From Rhizomicrobium sp. (GTDB taxonomy: Bacteria > Pseudomonadota > Alphaproteobacteria > Micropepsales > Micropepsaceae), in assembly GCA_050728995.1 (NCBI GenBank), contig JBOHKH010000012.1, forward strand, positions 1,152-65,151: DNA of 64,000 bases. The letters are read 5' to 3'. Numbering within the stretch: position 1 is the stretch's first letter; each line of letters opens with the position of its first letter. This document shows, one piece after another, positions 9,015 through 17,370 of the stretch. The translations under genes and the position numbers were made by a program. Under the pieces are notes generated by a model, which had not been told where the DNA came from, searched no databases, and saw only the letters and a list, made by a program, of their open reading frames with translations.

Positions 9015-10270
9015 CCGCGCGCAAAGTCTACATCGCCGGCGCCGGACTTTCCGGTCTCGCCGCCGCCGTCGCGCTTTCTCGCGCGGGGATCGCCTGCGAG
9101 CTTTTCGAAGCATCGCCCCAGGCGGGCGGGCGCTGCCGCTCCTGGTTCGATGCGCAATTCGAAGGCACGATCGACAACGGCAATCACCTCGTGCTCAGCG
9201 GCAATCGGGCGACGTTCGCCTACCTCCGCACGATCGGCGCGGAGGACCGTCTCATCGGTCCGGACGACGCACGCTTCGCCTTCTGCGACATCAGGAGCGG
9301 CACGCACTGGACGATCGTGCCGAACATGGGCCGGCTACCGTGGTGGGTCCTCTCTTCGGCGCGGCGCGTACCCGGCACCGCCGCACGCGACTATGCGCGC
9401 TATGTGCGCCTGCTCTTTCACCGGCGCGATGCGCGCGTGCGCGATGTCATCACCTGCGAGGACCCCGCGTGGGAAAAGTTGATGCGGCCGCTGCTGCTCG
9501 CGGCACTCAACACCGCACCCGAAGACGCATCGGCAGTGCTTGCTTCGGCAGTTCTGGGGGAGACGCTCGCGCGTGGCGGACGCTTCTGCCTTCCCCGCAT
9601 TGCGTCCCCGAATCTTGGGGCCACGTTCGTCGAGCCCGCCCTCGCCTGGCTCGCGCGCACGGGCGGCGCCGTTCGCCTCGGCGCGCGCGTGCGCGCTGTG
9701 GCCCTCAACGAGACGGCCGCATCGGCGCTCGACCTCGGCGACTCGCGGATTGCGCTCGTGCCCGAAGACAAGGTGATCCTCGCAGTCCCACCGTCTGTCG
9801 CGGCAGCACTTCTTCCCGGCCTCGTCGTTCCCGATCAAAGTTCCGCCATAGTCAATGGTCATTTCCGCGCCGCCGCGCCCGCGAGCGCGCCCAGAATGAT
9901 TGGAGTGATTGGCGGGACGGCGGAATGGCTATTCGCGTTTTCCGACCGCATCTCCGTAACCGTCAGCGGGGCGGATGCCATCGTCGATCGCGACAGAGAG
10001 GAACTGGCCAGGTCGCTCTGGAAAGATGTGGCCGTGGCATATGGCCTTGGGCCGGAACTGCCGCCCTGGCAGATCGTCAAGGAGAAGCGCGCGACGTTCC
10101 GCGCCACCCCTGAACAATGCATCAGACGGCCGCCTGCACGCACACAGTGGAGCAACGTCTTTCTCGCCGGCGACTGGACGGCAACAGGGCTCCCCGCCAC
10201 CATCGAAGGAGCAATCCGCTCGGGGCAGAAAGCGGCCGCTCTCGCACTCGAAGACTGGCGTCGACAGTGA
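9011..10270 (+). CDS. hpnE: squalene-associated FAD-dependent desaturase (hydroxysqualene dehydroxylase) HpnE
   Basis: N-terminal dinucleotide fold VYIAGAGLSGLAAAVAL and amine-oxidase-like C-terminus (FLAGDWT). ATGA overlap with the hpnD stop. Confidence 0.9.
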   Translation: MTARKVYIAGAGLSGLAAAVALSRAGIACELFEASPQAGGRCRSWFDAQFEGTIDNGNHLVLSGNRATFAYLRTIGAEDRLIGPDDARFAFCDIRSGTHWTIVPNMGRLPWWVLSSARRVPGTAARDYARYVRLLFHRRDARVRDVITCEDPAWEKLMRPLLLAALNTAPEDASAVLASAVLGETLARGGRFCLPRIASPNLGATFVEPALAWLARTGGAVRLGARVRAVALNETAASALDLGDSRIALVPEDKVILAVPPSVAAALLPGLVVPDQSSAIVNGHFRAAAPASAPRMIGVIGGTAEWLFAFSDRISVTVSGADAIVDRDREELARSLWKDVAVAYGLGPELPPWQIVKEKRATFRATPEQCIRRPPARTQWSNVFLAGDWTATGLPATIEGAIRSGQKAAALALEDWRRQ

Positions 10271-10383
10271 TTGGGTCGCACGCGCGAATGAGATGATTTT
10301 GTGGCGTCGGCCGACATTCACGCCGGCGCGCGGGAATGTTATCGGATGCCGATCCGGCCCGGTCAGGACCTTGCGGAGAATCG

Positions 10384-12336
10384 ATGAGCGACACGGCAGC
10401 CGCCTTGCGGGACACGGACGCGCTCGACGACACGATCGCGCGTGCGAGCCGGGCGCTGCTCGCCCAGCAACGCGAGGATGGGCACTTCGTTTTCGAACTC
10501 GAGGCGGACGCAACGATTCCGGCCGAATATATTCTGCTCGTGCATTACCTCGGCGAGACGGCCGATCCGGAGCTCGAGCGGAAATTGGGGAATTACCTGC
10601 GCCGCGTCCAGGGGGATCACGGCGGCTGGCCGCTCTATTACGGCGGTGCGTTCGATATCAGCGCCACGGTCAAAGCCTACTTCGCGCTGAAGATGATCGG
10701 CGATTCGCCCGCTGCAACGCATATGCGGCGCGCTCGCGAGGCGGTGCTTGCGCGGGGCGGCGCAATCCGGACGAGCGTCTTCACGCGCATTCTGCTCGCG
10801 CTATACGGCGAGACGTCGTGGCGCAGCATTCCTGCAATTCCGGCCGAACTCATTCTCGCGCCGCGCTGGTTTCCCATTCGGCTTGCCAAGATGTCGTACT
10901 GGGCGCGCACGGTGCTCGTGCCGCTGCTCGTGCTAGCCGCGCTGCGACCGATTGCGCGAAATCCGCGCGGGATCCATGTGAGCGAACTGTTTGTTCCAGA
11001 CGTCGCGCCGGCGCATTGGCGGGCGCCGCATCAAAGCCGCTTCTGGGCCATCGTGTTTCATCTTCTCGATGATCTGCTGAAGCTCGTCGAGCCACTTTGG
11101 CCTCGCGCACTGCGCCGGCGCGCCATCGCACGCTGCGAAGAGTTCGTGACCGGGCGCCTGAATGGCGAAGACGGTCTCGGGGCGATTTATCCGGCGATGG
11201 CAAACAGCGTGATGATGTATGCCGCGCTGGGCTATCCGCCGGATCACCCGCGCCGTGCTCTGGCGCGCCGCTCCGTCGACCGGCTGCTCGTGTTACGAAG
11301 CGAAGAAGCCTATTGCCAGCCCTGCGTATCGCCGGTTTGGGATTCCGCGCTCGCGGCCCTCGCGCTGCTCGAGGCGGATGCCGAAGGCGGCAGTGACGCG
11401 ATCGGCAGAGTTTGCGATTGGCTCGTGGCGCGCCAGGTGCTCGACACCAGGGGAGATTGGACGGAGATGCGGCCCAACGTGCGCCCCGGCGGCTGGGCCT
11501 TTCAGTATAACAATGCCCACTATCCCGATCTCGACGACACAGCGGCCGTCGTCCTGGCGCTCGATCGCGCAGCCAAAAGCGTCGCATCCGCCGTCTGCCA
11601 TGCCGAGGCCATCGCCCGCGGGCGTGAATGGATCGAAGGCTTGCAGAGCCACAACGGCGGCTGGGCATCGTTTGATGCGGACAACATGTATTATTATCTT
11701 AATAACATTCCCTTCGCCGATCACGGCGCATTGCTCGATCCGCCGACTGCCGATGTCACGGCACGCTGTATCGGAATGCTCGCGCAACTTGGCGAAGCGC
11801 CGGACAGTCCGCGCATCAAGGCGGCCGTGGATTACCTGCAGCGAATCCAGGAGAAGGACGGCAGCTGGTTCGGCCGGTGGGGTGTGAATTACATCTACGG
11901 AACCTGGTCGGCGCTCGCAGGGCTCAACGCCGCCGGACTTGATTTGGATTCGCCGTCGATCCGCCGTGCGACGGACTGGCTGGTGTCGATTCAGAACCCG
12001 GATGGCGGCTGGGGGGAAAGCTGCGACAGCTACAAGCTCGACTACAAAGGCTACGAACCCGCACCCTCTGTTCCCTCGCAAACGGCCTGGGCGCTCCTGG
12101 GACTAATGGCCGCAGGGGAGGTTAATCGTGCCGCCGTCGGCCGCGGCATCCGGTGGCTACAGGAAAGCCAGCAGGATCAGGGGCTTTGGAGCGAGGAGAG
12201 CTACACGGGCGGGGGCTTCCCGCGCGTGTTCTACCTGCGCTATCATGGCTATGCGAAGTTCTTCCCGTTGTGGGCGGTTGCGCGATACCGCAATCTCCGG
12301 GCTGGGCACACCAATCGCGTATCACACGGGATTTGA
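10384..12336 (+). CDS. shc: squalene-hopene cyclase
   Basis: Catalytic DxDDTA motif (YPDLDDTAAVVLAL) and repeated QW-type motifs (QxxDGGW/GSW: QGDHGGWP, QSHNGGWA, QEKDGSWF, QNPDGGWG). ATG 10384 with GGAG 7 nt upstream is preferred over track ATG 10336. Confidence 0.95.
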   Translation: MSDTAAALRDTDALDDTIARASRALLAQQREDGHFVFELEADATIPAEYILLVHYLGETADPELERKLGNYLRRVQGDHGGWPLYYGGAFDISATVKAYFALKMIGDSPAATHMRRAREAVLARGGAIRTSVFTRILLALYGETSWRSIPAIPAELILAPRWFPIRLAKMSYWARTVLVPLLVLAALRPIARNPRGIHVSELFVPDVAPAHWRAPHQSRFWAIVFHLLDDLLKLVEPLWPRALRRRAIARCEEFVTGRLNGEDGLGAIYPAMANSVMMYAALGYPPDHPRRALARRSVDRLLVLRSEEAYCQPCVSPVWDSALAALALLEADAEGGSDAIGRVCDWLVARQVLDTRGDWTEMRPNVRPGGWAFQYNNAHYPDLDDTAAVVLALDRAAKSVASAVCHAEAIARGREWIEGLQSHNGGWASFDADNMYYYLNNIPFADHGALLDPPTADVTARCIGMLAQLGEAPDSPRIKAAVDYLQRIQEKDGSWFGRWGVNYIYGTWSALAGLNAAGLDLDSPSIRRATDWLVSIQNPDGGWGESCDSYKLDYKGYEPAPSVPSQTAWALLGLMAAGEVNRAAVGRGIRWLQESQQDQGLWSEESYTGGGFPRVFYLRYHGYAKFFPLWAVARYRNLRAGHTNRVSHGI

Positions 12337-13022
12337 TGATCGTTGCGGTCACCGGCCTCGCACGCGAGGCACGTCTCATTGAAGGCCCCGACATCCGGCT
12401 GGTCGTCGGAGGCGGCGATGCCGTGGCGCTCGAACGCCGCCTGGTCGAACAACTGGCGGGTGGTGCAAGGCGCGTGCTTAGCATCGGTATTTGCGGTGCG
12501 CTGGCTCCCCATCTGCGTGTCGGTGACACGATCATCGCCTCGGAAATCGTCGATGCCGAGGGTACTCATCCGACGGATGGCGCCTGGTCGCGAGCGCTGG
12601 CCTCGCAACTGCCCGAGGCGGTTCTGGCACCCCTTGCCGGAACCGATGAGATGTCCGCGGACCGCGAGAGCAAGGCGCGGTTGCGCGATCGTACCCGCGC
12701 GTCGGCCGTGGATATGGAATCCCATATCGCCGCACGGGTGGCCCGCAAACATGGCCTTCCCTTCGCCGCCCTTCGCATCGTCTCCGATGCCGCGCACCGC
12801 ACTCTGCCCACGGCCGCTAGGGTCGCCGTGCACCCGTCCGGTCGGATCGACCTGCCGGCCGTGCTGCGCTCGATTGTCCGCGCGCCGCGCCAGCTGCCGG
12901 CGCTGGCCCGCACGGCCTGGGAAGCCGAACTGGCCTTTGCCGCTCTGCTCCGCTGCCGCCACGTTCTTCACGGCGGGTTTGCGGCCGCGGAGGTCGGTCA
13001 ACTGGCGCTGGACGCCGCTTAA
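12336..13022 (+). CDS. hpnG: hopanoid-associated phosphorylase/nucleosidase HpnG (adenosylhopane nucleosidase type)
   Basis: PNP/MTA-nucleosidase-like sequence (SIGICGAL, SAVDMESH, LRIVSD). ATG overlaps the shc stop (TGATG). The track start 12153 lies inside shc. Confidence 0.85.
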   Translation: MIVAVTGLAREARLIEGPDIRLVVGGGDAVALERRLVEQLAGGARRVLSIGICGALAPHLRVGDTIIASEIVDAEGTHPTDGAWSRALASQLPEAVLAPLAGTDEMSADRESKARLRDRTRASAVDMESHIAARVARKHGLPFAALRIVSDAAHRTLPTAARVAVHPSGRIDLPAVLRSIVRAPRQLPALARTAWEAELAFAALLRCRHVLHGGFAAAEVGQLALDAA

Positions 13023-13210
13023 GAGTCATCCCCGCCGTCGGTTGACACAGCTACCGGTTTGGTTGTAAAACCGAGGCTTGGAATGCCGGGCGCGGACCAG
13101 CCGCGGGAGGGCGATAATCTCCCTGCTTCAGGGAGAAAAGCAGGGAGCTTCCCGGTATTATGGCGCAAACGCCACAAGAAAAGCGGGGCCACGCGCCCTA
13201 GCTTTGGGGC
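13023..13210. other. left junction of accessory insertion (non-coding)
   Basis: Contains a 10-bp-stem hairpin, ctccctgctt(13119-13128)/aagcagggag(13138-13147), directly followed by the left 24-bp inverted repeat. Confidence 0.5.
13152..13175. repeat. left copy of 24-bp perfect inverted repeat CCGGTATTATGGCGCAAACGCCAC
   Basis: The reverse complement is found exactly at 17347-17370. Identity stops at both ends when extended by one base. Confidence 0.9.
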
Positions 13211-13645
13211 ATGGCTGAGCATGTCCTAACCGTTCTCCGGGCCAAGCGCCTCGAAATCGCGGCCCAGGTACACGATACCGAGAAGAAGCTGGCGAAGATG
13301 CGGGCGGCGCTGGCAAACCTAGACGCGGCCATGGGCATCCTCTCGCCCGACCATCCAGACTATCTTCCCGACCGCCGTCGCCGGAGCCGGTACTTTGCCG
13401 TAAACGAGTTGGCCCGGCTGGTCCGAGAGGCGCTGAGGGACGCCAGCAAGCCTCTGACGGCTGCCGAGGTGGCCGCCGCGATCATGGCGGCCAAAGGCCT
13501 CACGCCAGCCCATCATCTGGCGGTCACGAAGATGGTCATTGCCCGGCTTGGAGCCTTCGCGACGACCGGCGCGGTCACGAAGCTCGGCAAGACCAAGGGT
13601 GCGCGGTGGGCCGTTTCCCCGGGCGGGGAGCGGCACTTGCTCTAA
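13211..13645 (+). CDS. hypothetical protein (coiled-coil N-terminus, basic C-terminal half)
   Basis: 144-aa ORF with plausible composition (MAEHVLTVLRAKRLEIAAQVHDTEKKLAKMRAALANLDAA...). No family recognised. Confidence 0.55.
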   Translation: MAEHVLTVLRAKRLEIAAQVHDTEKKLAKMRAALANLDAAMGILSPDHPDYLPDRRRRSRYFAVNELARLVREALRDASKPLTAAEVAAAIMAAKGLTPAHHLAVTKMVIARLGAFATTGAVTKLGKTKGARWAVSPGGERHLL

Positions 13646-13772
13646 CAGTGGACTGGATTCATCTTGGAAGCGATTCGCAAGGGCTGCAACCCGCGCGGAT
13701 CATGCGTTGCTGCCTGCTCGCCGCAACGTCTGAGCGTATCCAATCGATTCGCCTCACAAGAGGAGAATCGAA

Positions 13773-14054
13773 ATGGAAGCCGCTGTCCAGCCCCAAGGCA
13801 ACGCTTTTTACGGCTGGTTTGATGATCCTGACCAAACCGAACCGACTTATGAGCCGCCTCGTGACGCGCCTTGCCCGTTCTGCGGCTTCGCCGTCCATGC
13901 GGAGGATGTTCGGACGCATAGCGTCCTGTATCGGGGCCAATACGCCGCGCGGACTTATTTCTACCGGACGCATCGCACGTGCGCGCAGCGGGACTCGACG
14001 CACGCGGCGGCAGACGGGTTTATTCTGGACATGATCGCACGCAACGGGGACTGA
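13773..14054 (+). CDS. hypothetical small protein with CPFCG motif
   Basis: 93-aa ORF with strong RBS GAGGAG 7 nt upstream of the ATG. Contains CxxC plus downstream H/C residues. A hairpin follows at 14063-14085. Confidence 0.55.
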   Translation: MEAAVQPQGNAFYGWFDDPDQTEPTYEPPRDAPCPFCGFAVHAEDVRTHSVLYRGQYAARTYFYRTHRTCAQRDSTHAAADGFILDMIARNGD

Positions 14055-14062
14055 AAAGCAAA

Positions 14063-14085
14063 CTGCCGGAGTCACCCCCCGGCAG
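14063..14085. terminator. hairpin between convergent genes (ctgccgg-N9-ccggcag)
   Basis: 7-bp GC stem located between the stops at 14054(+) and 14109(-). No clear U tract on either side. Confidence 0.35.
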
Positions 14086-14108
14086 TCGCTTACACATGCC
14101 GACTGCGA

Positions 14109-14390
14109 TTACCCCTTAGGGCATTCGTCCAGCGCCAGAAGGTTGTCCGGGCGATAGTCGTCGGACTCGGTCTTGAGGTACTCGCGGCCATTGTGCTTTG
14201 CCACGACTACCCAGACCGTGCGGCCATTGACGGACACGTAATAGCTGGTGGAGTCACGTTTGACGTTGGCGATCGCCTCGTCTTCCGTGTCTTTCCAGCG
14301 GTAGCCGCCGTGAACGCCACCAATCGCCTGAATCCGCTCGTGCGGGTCATAGTGGCTGCCGCGCTTATTGATGCACATTACCTGTTTCAT
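14109..14390 (-). CDS. DUF3892-like small protein
   Basis: 93 aa: MKQVMCINKRGSHYDPHERIQAIGG..WKDTEDEAIANVKRDSTSYYVSVNGRTVWVVVAK..YLKTESDDYRPDNLLALDEC. The pattern matches my memory of the DUF3892 family; not verified by search. Confidence 0.65.
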   Translation of the reverse strand: MKQVMCINKRGSHYDPHERIQAIGGVHGGYRWKDTEDEAIANVKRDSTSYYVSVNGRTVWVVVAKHNGREYLKTESDDYRPDNLLALDECPKG

Positions 14391-14444
14391 GACATACCTC
14401 TTCTGTTCCCGCAGGAGGGATTCCGGCGGGTTGAAGGGTGCCGC

Positions 14445-14473
14445 TTGACTGCCATGGTCGCTTGGGATTTAAT
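14445..14473 (+). promoter_or_regulatory. sigma70-like promoter TTGACT-N17-TTTAAT with no downstream ORF
   Basis: -35 TTGACT at 14445-14450, an exact 17-nt spacer, -10 TTTAAT at 14468-14473. It points away from the DUF3892 gene towards the terminator at 14524-14551. Confidence 0.4.
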
Positions 14474-14479
14474 CCCCGC

Positions 14480-14551
14480 CATCTGATTTGCCCCACGGCG
14501 ACACCCGCTGTGGGACCAAGACTAGGCGGCGCGCTAACGCCGCCTTTTTTC
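14480..14551 (+). ncRNA. candidate ~70-nt small RNA (orphan promoter + 9-bp hairpin + intrinsic terminator)
   Basis: The predicted transcript contains a hairpin at 14492-14514 (cccacggcg/cgctgtggg, one G-U pair). It also contains the terminator stem 14524-14545 followed by TTTTTT. There is no ORF longer than 10 codons. Confidence 0.35.
14524..14551 (+). terminator. rho-independent terminator (aggcggcg-cgctaa-cgccgcct-TTTTTT)
   Basis: 8-bp GC-rich stem, 6-nt loop, and a T6 run on the plus strand only. No plus-strand CDS lies upstream. Confidence 0.7.
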
Positions 14552-14599
14552 TTGGCCGTCGAATCCAGATGATTCCAGACAATGGGCAAAGTGTCAATA

Positions 14600-15790
14600 A
14601 ATCTTGGGGATCACCGCAAGAATTTGTGGAGACTAACTTATTAGCTACAAGTAACGGGATGCAGATATCAGGATATCTTTATTTGCTGATATTGTCGGAT
14701 GTCACGCCGCCTTCACGTGCCGCTGCCAGTAACCGCTGAAATCCACTGACGGGCCGCGCCGCATGGCGAGGGCCGCGACGTTGCGTGTCTGCTCGCCATT
14801 GGAGACGCGGCGGTTATCTTCCCTCCAGCTCGCCTCTTGCGCGTACCGGAGCAAATAAGCGCCAGCGATATGGTGATGGTGACCGATTTCCGCGCGGCGC
14901 AGCCTCGAAAAATATTCCTCCGCCATGTTTGTGCAGGCACCATCGGCCGAATAGCATTGTTCGTGGTTTATCCGGCGCATTTCAAAGCGGGAATGGTGGT
15001 CGTTCCATCCCTTGCCTTCGTCGGCATTCACAACCGTTCCCTTGGCGATCCGTGAACGGACCCAAGACAGCGCCGCGCCTTCCGAGCGGAACACGGCCGG
15101 AAGCGACTTGCCGTCGCGCTCGCGCACGATCACAACGCATTGGCGCTTGCCGGATTGATTGATTGCGAGGCGGCGATCACGGCGGTTCTCGACATGGTTT
15201 GCGGGCTTGACGTATCCGCCGAAGTAACCACCATCGATTTCTGCCGTTTTCCCTTCGCCGCCGATGGTCCGACCTTTCATTTCTTCGGCCATGGCTTCCC
15301 GCATCTTGTGCGCGAGAACGAAGGCGCTCTTGTACGCCAGCCCTAGATCACGGGACAGCGCCAGCGCGCTCTTGCCCTTCACCTCGTTGCAGAATATCGC
15401 GACGGCGGCCAGGTACGTCCTGAGTGGAAGCTTGTGGCTGGCAAAGAGCGTCCCGTTGGTGACGCTGAAATCCTTGCGGCAAGCCTTGCAACGGAAGCGG
15501 GGAGCGCCCTTCGGACGGCGGCAATCGTAAGCGTCCAGACCGCCGCAGACGGGACAGACCGGCTCGCCAGCCGTATCCTGCCAACGGAACTTGCGGAAGG
15601 CGGTCTCCGCCTCGGCATCCGAAAGCCGCAGAACGTCCGCGAGGCGGAGCGTCTTGGCCTTGGAGGAGAGGAGGAAATGTTGGCTCATTGGTCTTGCTCA
15701 CGTCCTGTAAGTCTCATATACGAGACTACAAGGCCACTTGCAAGACCTAAAACGCTCGTTTATAGTCCATAGGTCGCATATCCGATACGC
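14600..15790 (-). mobile_element. IS1595-family insertion sequence (boundaries approximate)
   Basis: Single transposase ORF of the IS1595 type. I could not identify convincing terminal inverted repeats or a target duplication by eye, so the ends are only bracketed by neighbouring features. Confidence 0.5.
14702..15688 (-). CDS. IS1595-family transposase
   Basis: N-terminal zinc-ribbon (CPVCGGLDAYDC...RFRCKACRKDF), HTH-like segment, then an ISXO2-like DDE domain (EIDGGYFGG..., VNADEGKGWN, INHEQCYS). Confidence 0.85.
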   Translation of the reverse strand: MSQHFLLSSKAKTLRLADVLRLSDAEAETAFRKFRWQDTAGEPVCPVCGGLDAYDCRRPKGAPRFRCKACRKDFSVTNGTLFASHKLPLRTYLAAVAIFCNEVKGKSALALSRDLGLAYKSAFVLAHKMREAMAEEMKGRTIGGEGKTAEIDGGYFGGYVKPANHVENRRDRRLAINQSGKRQCVVIVRERDGKSLPAVFRSEGAALSWVRSRIAKGTVVNADEGKGWNDHHSRFEMRRINHEQCYSADGACTNMAEEYFSRLRRAEIGHHHHIAGAYLLRYAQEASWREDNRRVSNGEQTRNVAALAMRRGPSVDFSGYWQRHVKAA

Positions 15791-15799
15791 GAGGAACGC

Positions 15800-16045
15800 A
15801 TGGCTGCTTTTGCCCGGAACGAAGACGAAATTGCCGACCGCATCTCCCGGTTCTTGAAGGCTGAATTGAAGCGGAAAGGCCTAACCTATGCCGATCATGC
15901 CGACCGCCTCGGCAGGCATGGCGTGAGAGGCGAGACGGAGGCATCCATCAAGAATAAGCTCGCGCGCGGGACGTTCCCGGCAACCTTTTTCGTCGCGAGT
16001 CTCGCGGCGCTGGAGCGGGAAGGCGTACGTTTGGAAGACCTCTAG
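15800..16045 (+). CDS. small HTH-like protein (DUF6471-like, tentative)
   Basis: 81 aa: ...RISRFLKAELKRKGLTYADHADRLGRHGVRGETEASIKNKLARGTFPATFFVASLAAL. Family assignment is from memory only. Confidence 0.55.
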   Translation: MAAFARNEDEIADRISRFLKAELKRKGLTYADHADRLGRHGVRGETEASIKNKLARGTFPATFFVASLAALEREGVRLEDL

Positions 16046-17178
16046 ATATACCCTAATGACTCCAAGTGGAGCGTTTTCGTGTCATCTGTCCAGATGCGGA
16101 AAGAGGCGCTTCGCTGTAACTCGATCGCTTGTACGCGGATCACGATTTCTCGCGCCGGGGCATCATCAACATAATTCAACCCTTCCGCCCACGCCGATGG
16201 CGGACTGTTAAAGCGAAAGCGATTTTGGGAGCCCCACTGCGTTGCAATATCAACAAAATGCTCAGGATCGTCGGTTCGCATCGTGAATCCACCCCCCGAC
16301 AACTGGATGGGAAAGAACACATGCGGCGATGGTGGGGCTGGCAACGCTTGGTCAACATACACTTGACAATTCGAAAGAGGCGAGCCAGTGAAATTGCGGA
16401 TGCCGACGCGCACCGTGCTGAGAGCTTGCCCGTGTGAGGTCTCCGTGACCTCGTACGGTTTACGCTTTTCAAAACGTATTTCGACTATTGGTGGCAGGGC
16501 GATTTTAGTCGTCGAATCGAGGTTCTGATTCTTTACGTACCGAAGTCCGGCGTCAGTAATAGCCACGACGTAAGGATCGCCGAGTCTACCTTCTGGCAGA
16601 AGTCGGAGATACTCGGTCGGAATGCTATACATCAATTCTTCAAGTCTCCGCTCACCGTCTGGTGCATTCTCACCAAACATTTCGGCGATAATCAAAATCC
16701 CCTTACCGCGTTCTCGGTCTTCGTCGAAATAGAGCCGCCCAATCTTCCTGTCTATGATTAGCTTCTTAGCCGCAAATTGGCGCTGATGCCCCGCTATAAC
16801 AGACAACAGCTTTTCTTGCGCAGGGGACACAATAGGCGTACCTATTGCATCATTAGCAACGCCAGCGTGTTGCATGCGACTTAGGCGATAAGGAGCGACC
16901 AAGAGCGCACAAAATAGAAATGTCGCAGCGAAAATGACCATGGTTGCAGCGGCGACCAGTCCGACCCATACAAGGGTTTCCGTTCCGAGTGAGTCGTTCT
17001 GTGGCAGAGCATGCATCTTTTCCAGCGCAAGCTTTTCCACCGCCAGCGCATACAGTGCCACCGCGAGTATCACGAAATCCCGAGAAAGGGCTTTGAGGCT
17101 CCGGTCGATCACGACAGACCACGCAAGCTGCCATGCTTCCGTGAGCACGCTGCCCCAATATGAAAGGTAGTCCCGCAT
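16042..17178 (-). CDS. orphan membrane-anchored protein, unknown function
   Basis: 378-aa ORF in the most AT-rich part of the window. It has N-terminal hydrophobic helices (FVILAVALYALAV, LVWVGLVAAATMVIFAATFLFCALLVA) and a ~260-aa soluble C-terminal region. No motif recognised. Confidence 0.7.
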   Translation of the reverse strand: MRDYLSYWGSVLTEAWQLAWSVVIDRSLKALSRDFVILAVALYALAVEKLALEKMHALPQNDSLGTETLVWVGLVAAATMVIFAATFLFCALLVAPYRLSRMQHAGVANDAIGTPIVSPAQEKLLSVIAGHQRQFAAKKLIIDRKIGRLYFDEDRERGKGILIIAEMFGENAPDGERRLEELMYSIPTEYLRLLPEGRLGDPYVVAITDAGLRYVKNQNLDSTTKIALPPIVEIRFEKRKPYEVTETSHGQALSTVRVGIRNFTGSPLSNCQVYVDQALPAPPSPHVFFPIQLSGGGFTMRTDDPEHFVDIATQWGSQNRFRFNSPPSAWAEGLNYVDDAPAREIVIRVQAIELQRSASFRIWTDDTKTLHLESLGYI

Positions 17179-17215
17179 GTTAGACTCCTAGCATGGCGCC
17201 GGGCGGCCTGTTTCC

Positions 17216-17250
17216 CGTTTGCGCCATAATCCAGACGGGGATTCCCCCGT
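17216..17250. repeat. third, degenerate copy of the junction repeat (core CGTTTGCGCCATAAT + hairpin)
   Basis: The 15-nt core at 17216-17230 is identical to 17351-17365. It is followed by hairpin acgggg-attc-ccccgt (17235-17250). Copy B is followed by ccgg-agatt-ccgg, and the left copy by the hairpin at 13119-13147. Confidence 0.7.
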
Positions 17251-17346
17251 ATCAGGGGCGGAGTCCTGTGGTCTTGAAAGAAAATTGCGCGGGACATAAC
17301 CGACCGTCCTAGCCAGCTATGTCAGTGCTCTACCGGGGAACTCCCG

Positions 17347-17370
17347 GTGGCGTTTGCGCCATAATACCGG
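17347..17370. repeat. right copy of 24-bp perfect inverted repeat (GTGGCGTTTGCGCCATAATACCGG)
   Basis: Exact reverse complement of 13152-13175. Confidence 0.9.

Noticed and set aside
14193-14589. Small ORFs (97 aa plus, 74 aa minus) in the DUF3892/sRNA region
   Set aside because: One is antisense to the DUF3892-like gene. The other spans the promoter and terminator of the sRNA candidate. Neither has an RBS or credible composition.
14552-15799. Attempt to define IS1595 terminal inverted repeats and target-site duplication
   Set aside because: Only short ambiguous matches (GAGACT.., CTACAAG) were found by eye, in direct rather than inverted orientation. The boundaries need alignment to reference IS copies.
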